A model generated the notes under the pieces. That model did not search any database, was not told the DNA's origin, and saw only the letters and a program-made list of their open reading frames with translations. Below are positions 19,648 to 29,711 of a stretch of DNA of 64,000 nt, piece after piece. The stretch covers positions 1 to 64,000 of the forward strand of contig CAVTUQ010000012.1 in NCBI GenBank assembly GCA_963737905.1, given 5' to 3'. The stretch comes from an uncultured delta proteobacterium. Lineage in GTDB: Bacteria > Desulfobacterota > Binatia > UBA9968. The translations under genes were made by a program, and so were the position numbers. Position 1 is the stretch's first letter. Each line of letters opens with the position of its first letter.

Positions 19648-20442
19648 TCAGCCGCGATTGAAGCGTAGCGGTCGCTTCTCGATGAACGCATTGTAACCTT
19701 CCACAAAATCCGGTGTCTCCATGCAGCGCGCTTGAGCCATCGCTTCCATTTCCAAAGCGGCTTCCAAATCGACGTTGCCTTCGTATTCGATCAGCTCTTT
19801 GGTTACCCCCAGGGCGTATAACGGGCCGTCCTTCAGGCGGGTGGCCCACTTGTACGCTTCGTCCATGAGCGTTTCGCCGGGTACGACGCGATTGGCTAGC
19901 CCGATCCGATAAGCCTCTTGGGCGTCGATGGTATCGCCGAAGTAGACCAGTTCTGTGGCTTTGCCTAGGCCGACGATGCGCGGTAGCAAATAAAGAGCGC
20001 CCATATCCGCGCCGGATAGACCGACTTTTACGAAGAGAAAAGCCGCTCGAGCTTTGTCCGAGAATATGCGGAGATCAGAGGCCAACATCAGCATCGCACC
20101 GGCTCCTGCAGCGATACCATTGACGGCGGCGATAATCGGCTTCTTTAGGTTGCGCATGTTCTTCACCACGTTGCAGGTCATGCGCGTGAAGTTGTAAAGC
20201 TCGTCGCCTTTCATTTTGAGCAGCGGGCCGATGATGTCGTTGACGCTGCCGCCGGAACAAAAGCCTTTTCCGGTTCCGGTCAACACGACGACTTTGACGC
20301 TTGTGTCATCCGCTAGCTCCGCCATGATCTTTTCCAGATCGCCGTAGGTTTGGAAGGTTAGCGCGTTGAGTTTTTCGGGATCGTTTAACCGGACAGTAGC
20401 GATACCATCGTTGTTTTCGAACACAAAACTCGAATAGTTCAT
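19648..20442 (-). CDS. Enoyl-CoA hydratase/isomerase family (AbmC-like subgroup)
   Basis: FCSGG, AAGAG, FLFVKVGLSGADMGA. Confidence 0.88.
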   Translation of the reverse strand: MNYSSFVFENNDGIATVRLNDPEKLNALTFQTYGDLEKIMAELADDTSVKVVVLTGTGKGFCSGGSVNDIIGPLLKMKGDELYNFTRMTCNVVKNMRNLKKPIIAAVNGIAAGAGAMLMLASDLRIFSDKARAAFLFVKVGLSGADMGALYLLPRIVGLGKATELVYFGDTIDAQEAYRIGLANRVVPGETLMDEAYKWATRLKDGPLYALGVTKELIEYEGNVDLEAALEMEAMAQARCMETPDFVEGYNAFIEKRPLRFNRG

Positions 20443-20477
20443 CTTTATCGTCTCTTTCCTTGAAATTAATCTGTCGT

Positions 20478-21257
20478 CTAAACCATGACCGCGCCGCCGT
20501 CAACGTTGATGGCTTGTCCGGTAATGCCTTTGGCCGATTCGGCCGCAAGCATAAGAACCAGATGAGCCACCTCCTCAGGTTCGATCAACCGTTTTTGTGG
20601 TGATGTGCTCCGAAGAATTTCCAAACTGTCATCCGGCGGCTTGCCTCTTTTCTGCGCCATCAGCCGCGCATTTCGTCGCGTAAGATCGGTGTCGACGTAC
20701 CCCGGACATACAGCGTTCACTGTCACGCCAAATTTAGCGGTCTCCACGGCTAGAGCGCGGGTGAGGCCGAGTATCGCGTGTTTGGATGTGACATAGGCGG
20801 AGATATGCGAATAGGCAACCTTAGCGACGGTAGAAGCGATGTTGATGATCCGGCCCCAGTTCGACGCCAGCATCTCGGCGAGAAAGACCTTGCAACAATT
20901 GTAAGTGCCGGTCAGATTGACGCGCATCACCTCTTCCCAGAGACCATCTTGCATTTCCAGGAAGCCGGCGGCCGGAGCGATGCCGGCGTTATTGACCAGG
21001 ACTTGCACGGGCCCAAAGCGACTTGAGATCTCCTGTTTTAACGTTTCCACTTGTGTTTTTTGAGTAACGTCGCAAATTCGGGGAAACGCTTCGGCTCCTG
21101 CGTGGCGGATCTCTTCGGCGACAGCGTCAAGTGTCGCTTGGGTTCTGCCAGTGATGCACACACAGCTTCCTTGTGTTGCGAATGCCAAGGCTATGGCGCG
21201 GCCGATACCACTGCCGCCTCCCGTGACCAAAACGACTTTGCCCTCAAGATCCTGCAT
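20478..21257 (-). CDS. SDR 3-hydroxyacyl-CoA/3-hydroxybutyrate dehydrogenase-like (AbmB-like)
   Basis: TGGGSGIG, NNAG, YVTSK, CPGYVDT. Confidence 0.88.
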   Translation of the reverse strand: MQDLEGKVVLVTGGGSGIGRAIALAFATQGSCVCITGRTQATLDAVAEEIRHAGAEAFPRICDVTQKTQVETLKQEISSRFGPVQVLVNNAGIAPAAGFLEMQDGLWEEVMRVNLTGTYNCCKVFLAEMLASNWGRIINIASTVAKVAYSHISAYVTSKHAILGLTRALAVETAKFGVTVNAVCPGYVDTDLTRRNARLMAQKRGKPPDDSLEILRSTSPQKRLIEPEEVAHLVLMLAAESAKGITGQAINVDGGAVMV

Positions 21258-21260
21258 CTC

Positions 21261-22040
21261 TCAATTTCCGGTGAAGTTTGGTTTTCGTTTTTCCAGAAAG
21301 GCTTTGGTTCCCTCGGCCAAATCGTGAGTGTGCGCGATCCCACCGAAGGTCCGAGCTTCGAATTCAAGCCCGGTCGCCAAGTCTACTTCCTGGCTCCGGT
21401 TGATCAGCATCTTCGACGCCTGCAACGCGAGCCGGGGCAAGGCCGCAAGCTTCTCCGCAAGTTGCCGTGCTGACTCCATCAATTTCCCTTTCTCTACTAC
21501 CATCATGACCAAGCCGGATGCGAGGGCTTGCTGCGCTGTAATTGGATCACCGGTGAGAATCATTTCTTTTGCTTTGGCGACGCCGATCAAACGCGACAGT
21601 CTTTGCGTGCCGCCGCCGCCGGGAAAGGCGCCGATCTTGATTTCCGGTAGACCAAAGCGGGCGGTTTCGGAAGCGATGCGAAAATCGCATGCCAGCGCAA
21701 GTTCGCAGCCCCCACCTAACGCGTACCCTGAAACCGCAGCGATCACGGGCTGAGGTAACGCTTCCACTTGGTCGAAGAGAATCTGAAACTCGCGAGCATG
21801 TTTGTACGCGGCTTCCGCGCTAGTCGTGCCCTCTATCTCGCCGATATCAGCCCCAGCGCAAAAAATCTCGTTTCCACCGGTGATGAGGACGGCTCGGACG
21901 GCGGTTTTCCGTGCGAGATCATGGAGCACCGTCGCCATCTCCGTCCGCATCTCCGCATTGAATGAATTCTTCTTTTGCGGCCGGTTCAATTGAATCGTGG
22001 CGACCGCGCCGTCCTCTCGATACTGCAGGGTTTGATACAT
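21261..22040 (-). CDS. Enoyl-CoA hydratase (crotonase; BadK candidate)
   Basis: FCAGAD, GGGCE, PEIKIG both catalytic Glu present. Confidence 0.9.
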   Translation of the reverse strand: MYQTLQYREDGAVATIQLNRPQKKNSFNAEMRTEMATVLHDLARKTAVRAVLITGGNEIFCAGADIGEIEGTTSAEAAYKHAREFQILFDQVEALPQPVIAAVSGYALGGGCELALACDFRIASETARFGLPEIKIGAFPGGGGTQRLSRLIGVAKAKEMILTGDPITAQQALASGLVMMVVEKGKLMESARQLAEKLAALPRLALQASKMLINRSQEVDLATGLEFEARTFGGIAHTHDLAEGTKAFLEKRKPNFTGN

Positions 22041-22133
22041 CGTTTTGTCGCTCCTATTGCCGTGGCGTTCAAACTAAGTTGGTTAAATTCCCCGCAGCAG
22101 CTTACTGCGTCAAATTTCCGCCTTCTCGAATTC

Positions 22134-22267
22134 CGTCATTCCCGCATGCTCCTAGCGGGAATCCAGGGATGTTCGGACTGGACCCCCGATAAAAACGTTC
22201 GGGGGTGACGACCTTGGGATAAATTCAATTTTTTGATACCCCGCAGCTTGCTGCGGAGTAGTTCATT
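22134..22267. repeat. REP-like palindromes plus TACCCCGCAGCTTGCTGCGG hairpin
   Basis: CGTCATTCCCGC...GCGGGAAT; CCCCCGA...TCGGGGGTGACG; CCGCAGCTTGCTGCGG. Confidence 0.6.
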
Positions 22268-22289
22268 ACGGTCGTTCACTGCGACCCTT

Positions 22290-22535
22290 TCATTGGCTGT
22301 GGGCATAAGTCGCTGACTCCGGATAGATGGTTTGCCAATACTCGCCGGACTCAAGCAGTCCACGACAAACCTTACCGCAGGTGAGCTGGTCGACGTGAGG
22401 CTTCGCGTCACACTCGACCACATCCAACGTCTGTCCGCGCAGCTGCGGAAAGGCCTGAAGTCTGACGGTGTGGGTTTGCTTGTCGACCGGACATTTCAAA
22501 GAGTATTTGAAATCGAGGGATAAAAAGCGGCACAT
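22290..22535 (-). CDS. Small Cys-rich hypothetical protein (CP...C...CxxxC)
   Basis: AAAGGAG RBS; 5 Cys; inside BCR operon. Confidence 0.75.
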   Translation of the reverse strand: MCRFLSLDFKYSLKCPVDKQTHTVRLQAFPQLRGQTLDVVECDAKPHVDQLTCGKVCRGLLESGEYWQTIYPESATYAHSQ

Positions 22536-22556
22536 GGTGTTTCTCCTTTCACTGGG

Positions 22557-23411
22557 TTAACTCAGTCCGAATAGCGCCACGGCGTTATCGCGCAAAAGTT
22601 TTTTCTTTGTCTCTTCTCTGAGTTTCATCTCTTCCCACTGATCCAGACTTTCTTTCCACGGCAGGCCGTTGGTTCCCCACAGGCAACGGTCCTGACCCAT
22701 CCGGCTATTAATGTAATGGATGATCTCGGGCTTCATGTATTTGGGCATCCAGGCGTCGACGCCGAAGTAAACATTATCCCACTTGTAGCAAACCGAAATC
22801 AGCTCCTCGACCCAAGGCCACCCGGTGTGGGCGCCGATGATTTTGAGATCGGGGAAGTCGCTCGCGATGCGGTCGAGATAAATCGGCCGCGCATGCTCGC
22901 TCGGCATCGCTTCCAATACGTGACCGACTTGCAGCGAAACGGGGATCTGAAGCTCGTCGCACTTGGCATAGAGCGGATACATTTTCGAGTCGTGCAGCGG
23001 AATATCGAAGCCATAGATGTGGATGTAGACACCTTTGAAGCCATAGTCTTTGACCGCGCGGTCGATTTCCTGCAGCGACTCCTTGATGCGAAATGGGTTG
23101 TAACCGGCGAGGCCGACAAATCGGTCGGGGTAACGTTTTGTGTATTGCGCCACCTCTTCGAGCTTCGTGTCCATGTACATCCATTTATTGCGATACGACC
23201 ACATCTTGCACTGCGTGATGAAAACTTTTTCCACGCCGGCCTCGTCCATCTTCGCGAGCATCGTCTCGATGCTGTCGTATTGCGGCAGGCCGCCGATAGC
23301 TTTTTCCATGCGGCAAATGAGCTCACCTTTTTTCGCCTCGTTCCAGCGGTTGATAAACTCCGGCGTGGCGACGTAGTACATGAAGTCGATTGCTTTAATT
23401 TCGTGTCCCAT
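22557..23411 (-). CDS. Amidohydrolase-superfamily (Amidohydro_2-like) protein
   Basis: YPDRFVGLAGYNP, MYPLYAKC, GAHTGWPW, WGTNG; lacks canonical N-terminal HxH. Confidence 0.85.
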   Translation of the reverse strand: MGHEIKAIDFMYYVATPEFINRWNEAKKGELICRMEKAIGGLPQYDSIETMLAKMDEAGVEKVFITQCKMWSYRNKWMYMDTKLEEVAQYTKRYPDRFVGLAGYNPFRIKESLQEIDRAVKDYGFKGVYIHIYGFDIPLHDSKMYPLYAKCDELQIPVSLQVGHVLEAMPSEHARPIYLDRIASDFPDLKIIGAHTGWPWVEELISVCYKWDNVYFGVDAWMPKYMKPEIIHYINSRMGQDRCLWGTNGLPWKESLDQWEEMKLREETKKKLLRDNAVALFGLS

Positions 23412-23492
23412 CTCGTCCCTCCGACCCGCGCGTGCTCGTGGCTCGTGCTCTCACACGACACGAATCACGAGCACGAACACGGCCTTTTGTTT

Positions 23493-24257
23493 CTAAACCA
23501 TTGTTAACCCGCCGCTGACGCTTAGCGTCTGTCCGGTAATAAATTCCGCCGCCGGCGATGCCAAGAAAAGCACCGCCGCGGCAATCTCCTCGGGCTCGGC
23601 CGGGCGCCTGAACGGCGTGGCCTTGGTCACCGCATCTATGATTCTCGCCGTCTGCTCGGATTGACCTCGGACAGCCTGCAACAAGGGCGTTTCCGTCAGG
23701 CCGGGGCAGACCACGTTGACGTTGATCTTATAGCGCGCCACTTCGCGCGCGATGGTCTTTGAAAACGCGATCACCGCCCCTTTGGCGCCGGCGTAGACCG
23801 CTTCCCAGCTTGAGCCGACACGTCCCGCATCGGAGCTGATGTTGACGATCTTACCGCCACCATGGGAGATCATCTGGGGCAAAACGGCTTTGGCCGTGTA
23901 AAGCACGGACTTGAAATTAATCGCCAAAAGTTTTTCCCAGGTCTCTTCGTTGCTTTCGACGAAGGGCTCCAACCGGTCCCAGCCCTGGCAGTTCACCAAA
24001 ATGTCGATCTGACCGAAGCGAGCGAGAACTTCGCTTACTATGCGGTCGACCTCAGCCTTCTTGGTCAAATCCACTGGATACGCCACGGCCTCGACGCCGA
24101 GAGCTTGAACTTCATCTCTCACTTTCTCGGCGTTCGTCTTTGCGATATCAGCTACGGCCGTTTTTGCCCCGGCGCGACCCATTGCCAATGCGACTGCGCG
24201 CCCGATGCCGCCGCCACCCCCCGAAATCAGCGCTGTTTTTCCTTGGAGTTCCATCAC
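23493..24257 (-). CDS. badH: 2-hydroxycyclohexanecarboxyl-CoA dehydrogenase-like SDR
   Basis: GGGGGIG, GWD, SDAGRVGSS.EAVY, C-terminal GQTLSVSGGLTM typical of BadH; BCR context. Confidence 0.8.
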   Translation of the reverse strand: MMELQGKTALISGGGGGIGRAVALAMGRAGAKTAVADIAKTNAEKVRDEVQALGVEAVAYPVDLTKKAEVDRIVSEVLARFGQIDILVNCQGWDRLEPFVESNEETWEKLLAINFKSVLYTAKAVLPQMISHGGGKIVNISSDAGRVGSSWEAVYAGAKGAVIAFSKTIAREVARYKINVNVVCPGLTETPLLQAVRGQSEQTARIIDAVTKATPFRRPAEPEEIAAAVLFLASPAAEFITGQTLSVSGGLTMV

Positions 24258-25087
24258 GCTACTCTTGCCTCCTCTCCAATGATTGGCTTCTGTCGATCGT
24301 CGCGAATTTTTTCCAAGCGCCGGAGCGCCAAAAGTGCCGCCCCTAAAACACCGACCAATTCCGGCTCTTCGCTGACGTTGACCTTCCTTTTGAGTGTCTC
24401 CTCGAGCGCCTTCACCATCCCTTTTTGCCGCGCCACACCGCCCACGAAGGTGACCTCGTCTTCCATACCGGAGCGCTTGAGCAACGCTAAAGCTCGGGAA
24501 GCAAGTGAGTTGTGAACGCCGCGCAGAATGTTTTCGATAGTCTCGCCGTTTGAGACGTGATTGATAATCTCTGATTCGGCCAAGACCGCGCAGACGCTGC
24601 TGATGGTTTGCGGCTTATTAGCTTGAATGGAGAGATCGCCTACCTGATCGATATTGACCTCCAGATATTTGCAGGCTCGTTCGATGAAGCCACCGGCGCC
24701 AGCGGCGCACTTATCGTTGGTGCGGAATTCGCGCACCTTGCCGGTGTCGCTGACCCGCAGCGCTCGCGTGCTTTGCGCGCCGATGTCGAGCACGCAGCGG
24801 GTTTTGGGGAAGAGAAATACAGCGGCGCGCCCCACGCAGGTGATGTCGGTGATCTGAACGTCACGGAAAGGAACGTTGTAACGGCCAAAGCCGGTGGTGG
24901 CGATGTAGTTCAGGTCAGTCTCTTTGAGCCCCGCCCGCTGAAGGGCTAAGTCGAGCACCTCTTTGGCAACCGCATGGAAATCCGGACGGGTTTTCACGAT
25001 TCCCTTGCCACAAACGCGTTTTTCTCCGTCTAGGATCAGCGCTTTGGTCGATTTAGCGCCCATATCGATGCCAGCGACAAAATCCAT
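24254..25087 (-). CDS. bcrD: Benzoyl-CoA reductase ATPase (activase) subunit, BcrD/BzdP-Q type
   Basis: [33 protein letters not shown]. Confidence 0.8.
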   Translation of the reverse strand: MDFVAGIDMGAKSTKALILDGEKRVCGKGIVKTRPDFHAVAKEVLDLALQRAGLKETDLNYIATTGFGRYNVPFRDVQITDITCVGRAAVFLFPKTRCVLDIGAQSTRALRVSDTGKVREFRTNDKCAAGAGGFIERACKYLEVNIDQVGDLSIQANKPQTISSVCAVLAESEIINHVSNGETIENILRGVHNSLASRALALLKRSGMEDEVTFVGGVARQKGMVKALEETLKRKVNVSEEPELVGVLGAALLALRRLEKIRDDRQKPIIGEEARVA

Positions 25088-25952
25088 GATGCCTCCCTAA
25101 TTCGAGCTTTCGGGCTTCGGGTTTCGGGTTTCGAGTTTGACCCGAAACTCGAGATTCGAGACTCGAAACTGCTTTGATTGCGCGTTCTACGGCGAAGATG
25201 CTGGCTCCTAGCGCGCCGACGAAATGAGAATCTGGACTGACATTGAGCTTCATGTTGAGTTTTTCTTCCAACGCGCGCATCATGCCGATGTTGAGTGAAA
25301 CCCCGCCCGTGAAGGTCACTTCCGGCTCGATGCCGACGCGCCGCACCAGTGAAATGGTTCGTGCGGCGATGGCGCTGTGCACGCCGCCGAGGATATCCTC
25401 GGTCTTTTTGCCTTGGGCGAGGTAAGACATGATGTCAGATTCGACGAATACCGTGCAGACGGTGGTGAGGCGCACTGGATTTCGCGCCTTGAGCGAAATG
25501 TCGCCGATATCGCCGAGGCCCATCCCAAGAGCCTCAGCGGCGCTGGCGAGGAATCTTCCTGTGCCGGCTGCGCACTTGTCGTTCATGACGAAGTCCTTGA
25601 CGTCGCCGTCTGCACCGATTTTAATGCCCTTGGCATCCTGGCCGCCCATGTCGATGACGGTGCGGGTGTTGGGAAAAAGGTAGCTCGCGCCGCGCGCATG
25701 GCAACTGATCTCGGTGATCTGGGCGTCGCCAAAGGTCACTTTGTATCTGCCGTAACCGGTGCCCACTACATAGGCGACATTTTCTCGCTTGAGCCCAGAT
25801 TTTTGCAGGGCCTCGACGAAGCACCTTTCCGCAGCCCGGGTGACGTAAGCGCCGGTATCGGTCAAGGCTCTGGCAATAATCTCAAACTTGTCGTTAAGGA
25901 TAATCCCTTTAGTCTGCGTGGAGCCGACATCTATGCCTGCGGCGTAAATCAT
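25053..25952 (-). CDS. bcrA: Benzoyl-CoA reductase ATPase (activase) subunit, short BcrA/BzdQ type; C-terminus extended by heptamer repeats
   Basis: [44 protein letters not shown]. Confidence 0.8.
   Translation of the reverse strand: MIYAAGIDVGSTQTKGIILNDKFEIIARALTDTGAYVTRAAERCFVEALQKSGLKRENVAYVVGTGYGRYKVTFGDAQITEISCHARGASYLFPNTRTVIDMGGQDAKGIKIGADGDVKDFVMNDKCAAGTGRFLASAAEALGMGLGDIGDISLKARNPVRLTTVCTVFVESDIMSYLAQGKKTEDILGGVHSAIAARTISLVRRVGIEPEVTFTGGVSLNIGMMRALEEKLNMKLNVSPDSHFVGALGASIFAVERAIKAVSSLESRVSGQTRNPKPEARKLELGRHHGFCRWHRYGR
25100..25170. repeat. Inverted heptamer tandem repeat (TTCGGGT)n/(CTCGAGA)n
   Basis: TTCGGGC TTCGGGT TTCGGGT TTCGAGT ... CTCGAGA TTCGAGA CTCGAAA. Confidence 0.65.
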
Positions 25953-27250
25953 GCTGAGCCTCCCGCGTTCGCTCTGGCATGAACAATCTTTTTGTGTTCC
26001 AACGATTCGAAAAATGCGTCGATGCGGTTTCTGAGCTGCGCTTCGGAAAAATATCTCGGATCTTCGATATCCGATTCGATCAACAGAGTGGGAACGTTCA
26101 GCTCTTTGGTGAAATATTCGCGCATGTCACCCTGTCCCGCAGAGAACAGTCGACAACTCTTAACGGAATGAATCACCAGAGCGTCGGCATGCCACTCTTC
26201 GACATAGCGGCGGATCTGCTGGTAGCGCTGCAGGAAGTTGCGGTTGGTGACGTTCCATTGGAGCATATGCTGGGCGATCGATTCCAACGGGTGATTGGGA
26301 TCATGCCTGAAGCCGAATTCCCACAAACCGCCGACCGTGGAATAAGTCGAGGCCACCGCCACCGCGCCCCATTTGGAGAAAAGATCTCTAAACGTGCGCA
26401 GGTAGGGCCAGGGCGGTGGTCCTTCGATAACGAAGCGGAAGCGCTCCTCAGGTAACGGCCCCGTTCCCATCCGCACTTTTTCTTCCATCTCTTTAAGGGC
26501 GGTTTCGAAGAATCTCACTCCATCTTCCGTGCCCCTGAGACAGTAGAGTGGCGCCATCATGGTCACCGAGTCGAAGTAGGCGTCAAAGGGAGAAGGAATA
26601 TTCTTGGTCAGCCCTTTGATGCGCGACCACATTTCGCCGGTTTCACTCGAGCGGCTGACGATTTCTTTCAGCCGAGCGTAGTCGAGTTTCTTTCCCGTGA
26701 GCTTTTCGCAGATCTCGATCACCTCTTCGAGCTGGCGCACGACGTAAGTAATGTCCTCCGGGCTCGGCTGTCCGGAAGGGTCGCGCAAGAAAGGGATGTC
26801 GAGGTTGTAGAGTTGCCCATCGCAGTACTCGGCCAAGTGCTCGAACCACTGGAGGTAGACGTTGCAGCCGACGTAGTTACAGAGAATCAGCGACGGCAGT
26901 GGGATGGTCGCGAAAGGAGTTTTGCGGTCGCCGAGAAAGAGGCCGACATCGGCCTTCACATAGGCGCAGTTGTCCATTGAGTAGCCCAACTCCTCGGCCT
27001 TTAGGATAAAGGGCAGGGCGCTCTTCTTAACCGCCAGTTGCAGGGCATCGATCTCCGGATAAACCGGGATCAGATCGAAAGCCTGAATCAGCTCCACCGG
27101 ATTGCCGCTGATCAGCATGTAGACGGCTTTGCCCTCGCCCTTTTCCGCGGCCCGGGTAACCCGCTCGAAGTAGCGCCCCATCATCTCTTTTTGCAGGAGA
27201 TGCATCTGACCCTGGTAGCTTGTCTTCACGGTTTCAGTTGCCTGTGCCAT
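25949..27250 (-). CDS. bcrB: Benzoyl-CoA reductase subunit B (BcrB/BadE, 2-hydroxyacyl-CoA dehydratase family)
   Basis: [44 protein letters not shown]. Confidence 0.85.
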   Translation of the reverse strand: MAQATETVKTSYQGQMHLLQKEMMGRYFERVTRAAEKGEGKAVYMLISGNPVELIQAFDLIPVYPEIDALQLAVKKSALPFILKAEELGYSMDNCAYVKADVGLFLGDRKTPFATIPLPSLILCNYVGCNVYLQWFEHLAEYCDGQLYNLDIPFLRDPSGQPSPEDITYVVRQLEEVIEICEKLTGKKLDYARLKEIVSRSSETGEMWSRIKGLTKNIPSPFDAYFDSVTMMAPLYCLRGTEDGVRFFETALKEMEEKVRMGTGPLPEERFRFVIEGPPPWPYLRTFRDLFSKWGAVAVASTYSTVGGLWEFGFRHDPNHPLESIAQHMLQWNVTNRNFLQRYQQIRRYVEEWHADALVIHSVKSCRLFSAGQGDMREYFTKELNVPTLLIESDIEDPRYFSEAQLRNRIDAFFESLEHKKIVHARANAGGSA

Positions 27251-27261
27251 CTTTACTCCTT

Positions 27262-27330
27262 GGTCTCTTCGAGTCTCGGGTTTCGATTTGAACACGGGAC
27301 CCGGGACACCAGACACGAGACTCTGGATTC
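27262..27330. repeat. Heptamer-like inverted repeat between bcrC and bcrB
   Basis: TCGAGTC TCGGGTT TCGATTT ... CACGGGA CCCGGGA CACCAGA CACGAGA. Confidence 0.55.
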
Positions 27331-27336
27331 ACGTGT

Positions 27337-28494
27337 TTAGTCAAACAGCATTGACTCCACGAAGGTCTCGACCTCAGTGCGCGCCTTGTCGAAGATCCAC
27401 ATCTTTTCCTCAAATTCGAGGCAGAGGTGAGGAATACCCTCTTTCTCCAACGCCCGTTTATAGAGCGCGTAGTCGAACAGCGCGGGCTCGCAGAATTTCG
27501 CTGCCAGGATCAATACCGCGTCGGCGCCGTTGTCCCTGAATTTGTCAATCAGATGTTTGGATTTAGGCTCGCGCGTGTCGTGTTTCACTCCAGAATAAAC
27601 GCTATGATTGAGGTAAGCGTTGGCGAGGTTACGCATAGGATCGCCTTCAGTCGAAATATCTTCAGAAAACCAGCGCCAACCGATAAGAAAATCGTCATCT
27701 AGAATATAGCAGCCGGCGGATTCGAGTCCGTCGAGCAATTCGATGGGTGGCTGTTCACAGAAAGAGCCTTCTAGAACGACTCTAATTCGGTCCTTGGGCT
27801 TTTCGTTGCGCTGACGCACAGCAGGGATAGCTTCTTCAAGGATGGCGATGTGCTCCTCCGGAGGTAGTAACGTGCCGATGCGCGTCATGACGTAACACTC
27901 GACGGTCGAAAAATTCTGCGGTGTCTCTCTACGGATGGAGTAAAGTTCCCGGAGCAACCGCCGCTGGGTATTGTAAAGCGCTATACTTTGTCTCAGCGCC
28001 TCGTCGGTGATTTTCTTTCCGGACAGTTGCTCATAGCTGGCGTTAAGTCTTTTGTACTCGGAGACCAGGTAATCGATGGTATGGGGTGAAGTCATGTTCT
28101 GCGGAAAGTGAATGTACTCCACCATAAGATCGGGAAAATTCCGCGTGAAGACGCTGGCGAGATTGCGGGCCGGATCACAGATCGAGTGGAAGACGATACC
28201 GTCGAGAAACTTAAGTCTGTCGGTCAGACCCAACTCCAGTGTGCTTTTGACGATAGAACAGACAAAAGATTGAAACCGCGAGTCAGCATGAGCGATCTCC
28301 AGGCGGTTACCGGCGCCAATGACGCCGACGGGCAGCATTCCGGCGGCGTGGATGAGTTCAAACGGAGTATAGACCGGATAGCAACCGACAATCTTGGATT
28401 TTGGATGGTTCTCCTTCCACTCCTTGACTAGATCGAGGGGAGAGTTTTCTAGCGTCTCACGATAACGGGAAATAAGATTTTCGATTGTCGTCAT
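27337..28494 (-). CDS. bcrC: Benzoyl-CoA reductase subunit C (BcrC/BadD)
   Basis: PVYTPFELIHAAGMLP, FQSFVCSI, ICDPARNL, GSFCEQPP, FCEPAL. Confidence 0.85.
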   Translation of the reverse strand: MTTIENLISRYRETLENSPLDLVKEWKENHPKSKIVGCYPVYTPFELIHAAGMLPVGVIGAGNRLEIAHADSRFQSFVCSIVKSTLELGLTDRLKFLDGIVFHSICDPARNLASVFTRNFPDLMVEYIHFPQNMTSPHTIDYLVSEYKRLNASYEQLSGKKITDEALRQSIALYNTQRRLLRELYSIRRETPQNFSTVECYVMTRIGTLLPPEEHIAILEEAIPAVRQRNEKPKDRIRVVLEGSFCEQPPIELLDGLESAGCYILDDDFLIGWRWFSEDISTEGDPMRNLANAYLNHSVYSGVKHDTREPKSKHLIDKFRDNGADAVLILAAKFCEPALFDYALYKRALEKEGIPHLCLEFEEKMWIFDKARTEVETFVESMLFD

Positions 28495-28523
28495 TGACCA
28501 CCGTGATTTCGATTCAGGATTGC

Positions 28524-28538
28524 GCAATATAAGTGCCA
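28524..28538 (-). promoter_or_regulatory. sigma54 promoter for BCR operon
   Basis: TGGCACTTATATTGC (full consensus) 30 bp before ATG 28494. Confidence 0.8.
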
Positions 28539-28721
28539 GTGTTTTCTCGGTTGTTTATTGACACTCACATTGGAATCTTCTCAACTCTCGGAAAAGTACG
28601 CCAAAGGAATTCCCAACTATGAGAAGTTATTTAGCAAGTTGCCCTCGATTGCGGAGAGTAGCGCCTGCCTTGCTCATTAAAATGGTCAGTCGCTTCTTCA
28701 AAGGCGGAGCAACCTGCTACC

Positions 28722-28736
28722 TGGCATGCATCCTGC
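28722..28736 (+). promoter_or_regulatory. sigma54 promoter for hemerythrin-like gene
   Basis: TGGCATGCATCCTGC. Confidence 0.65.
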
Positions 28737-28807
28737 TCATTTGGAGGTTGATAGGTTTCAAAGTACCTTCGCCATTACTGGTACTTTCATTATTAGGAGA
28801 AATAGCG

Positions 28808-29436
28808 ATGGAAAACATAATAGACACAAATACGTCAGGATGCGCTCATGCTGCGCATGGAACGCAGCCTACGGGTTGCGCACATCAGCCACTTCGAGAA
28901 AGCGACGGAGATGCTCAGCGATGAACACAGAGTTATCGAGCGTGTGCTCGCCGTATTAGAGAACCTCACGACAAACCCGTGGAGAACGCGATAGAATGTG
29001 GAGAAAGGCGCTCGATTTCTTTAGTCAGTTTGCGGACCAGTGCCACCATTTTAAGGAAGAGCAGGTCCTATTTCCTTCGATGGAGGAGCACGGAATACCG
29101 AGAGAAGGAGGGCCCATCGGCATGATGTTGATGGAGCACGAGGAGGGAAGAACTTACGTGAGGGCGATGCTTTCAGCGATCCCCCTCGTAGAGGCGAAAA
29201 ATGAAGTTGCAAAGGAAATCCTTATAGATAAGGCGAAGGCATACCTCCGACTGCTGGAGGAGCATATCCAGAAAGAGGATGAGGTCCTCTTTAGAATCGC
29301 CGATGACATCATTTCTCTCGACGAGCAAAAACAGCTGTTGCGATCATTCGAAGAGCATGAGGCCAAGGAGATAGGAGAAGGAGTTCACGAGAAGTACCTC
29401 AAGATCGCGGAGGAGCTGGAAGCAAAAATGGGATAG
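28808..29436 (+). CDS. Hemerythrin (HHE) domain protein, frameshifted in this sequence
   Basis: AGGAG RBS; ATEMLSDEHRVIERVL in one frame, HHFKEEQVLFP, EHEEGR, HIQKEDEVLF in another; His/Cys-rich N-terminus. Confidence 0.8.
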
Positions 29437-29711
29437 CTGCTGCCAATTCGCTCAGCCGTGTATTGAGTAAACTCGGCCCAGCGATGGAGCAGAGAGCGTT
29501 GGCCATTAAAGTCAAAAGGGTCTACTGGAGCGACTTGCTCGCTCCTTTTTGCAGTTCCCTGTACAGTACCACCTCGTTGCCGGATGATCAGGGGATGCCT
29601 TTGTATGGTACAAACCCCATCTTCTGGTGGTTTTGGGTGTCAAAGAGACCCGCCGCGATGCCAACTGTTTGTTAGTCTCGCTCACCGCTTCGTCACTTTC
29701 CCGTTCATGGA

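Noticed and set aside
25100-27330. CRISPR-like arrays
   Set aside because: Short heptamer repeats without unique spacers; no cas genes
28922-28924. UGA read-through in hemerythrin gene
   Set aside because: Conserved sequence continues in another frame, so this is an indel, not Sec
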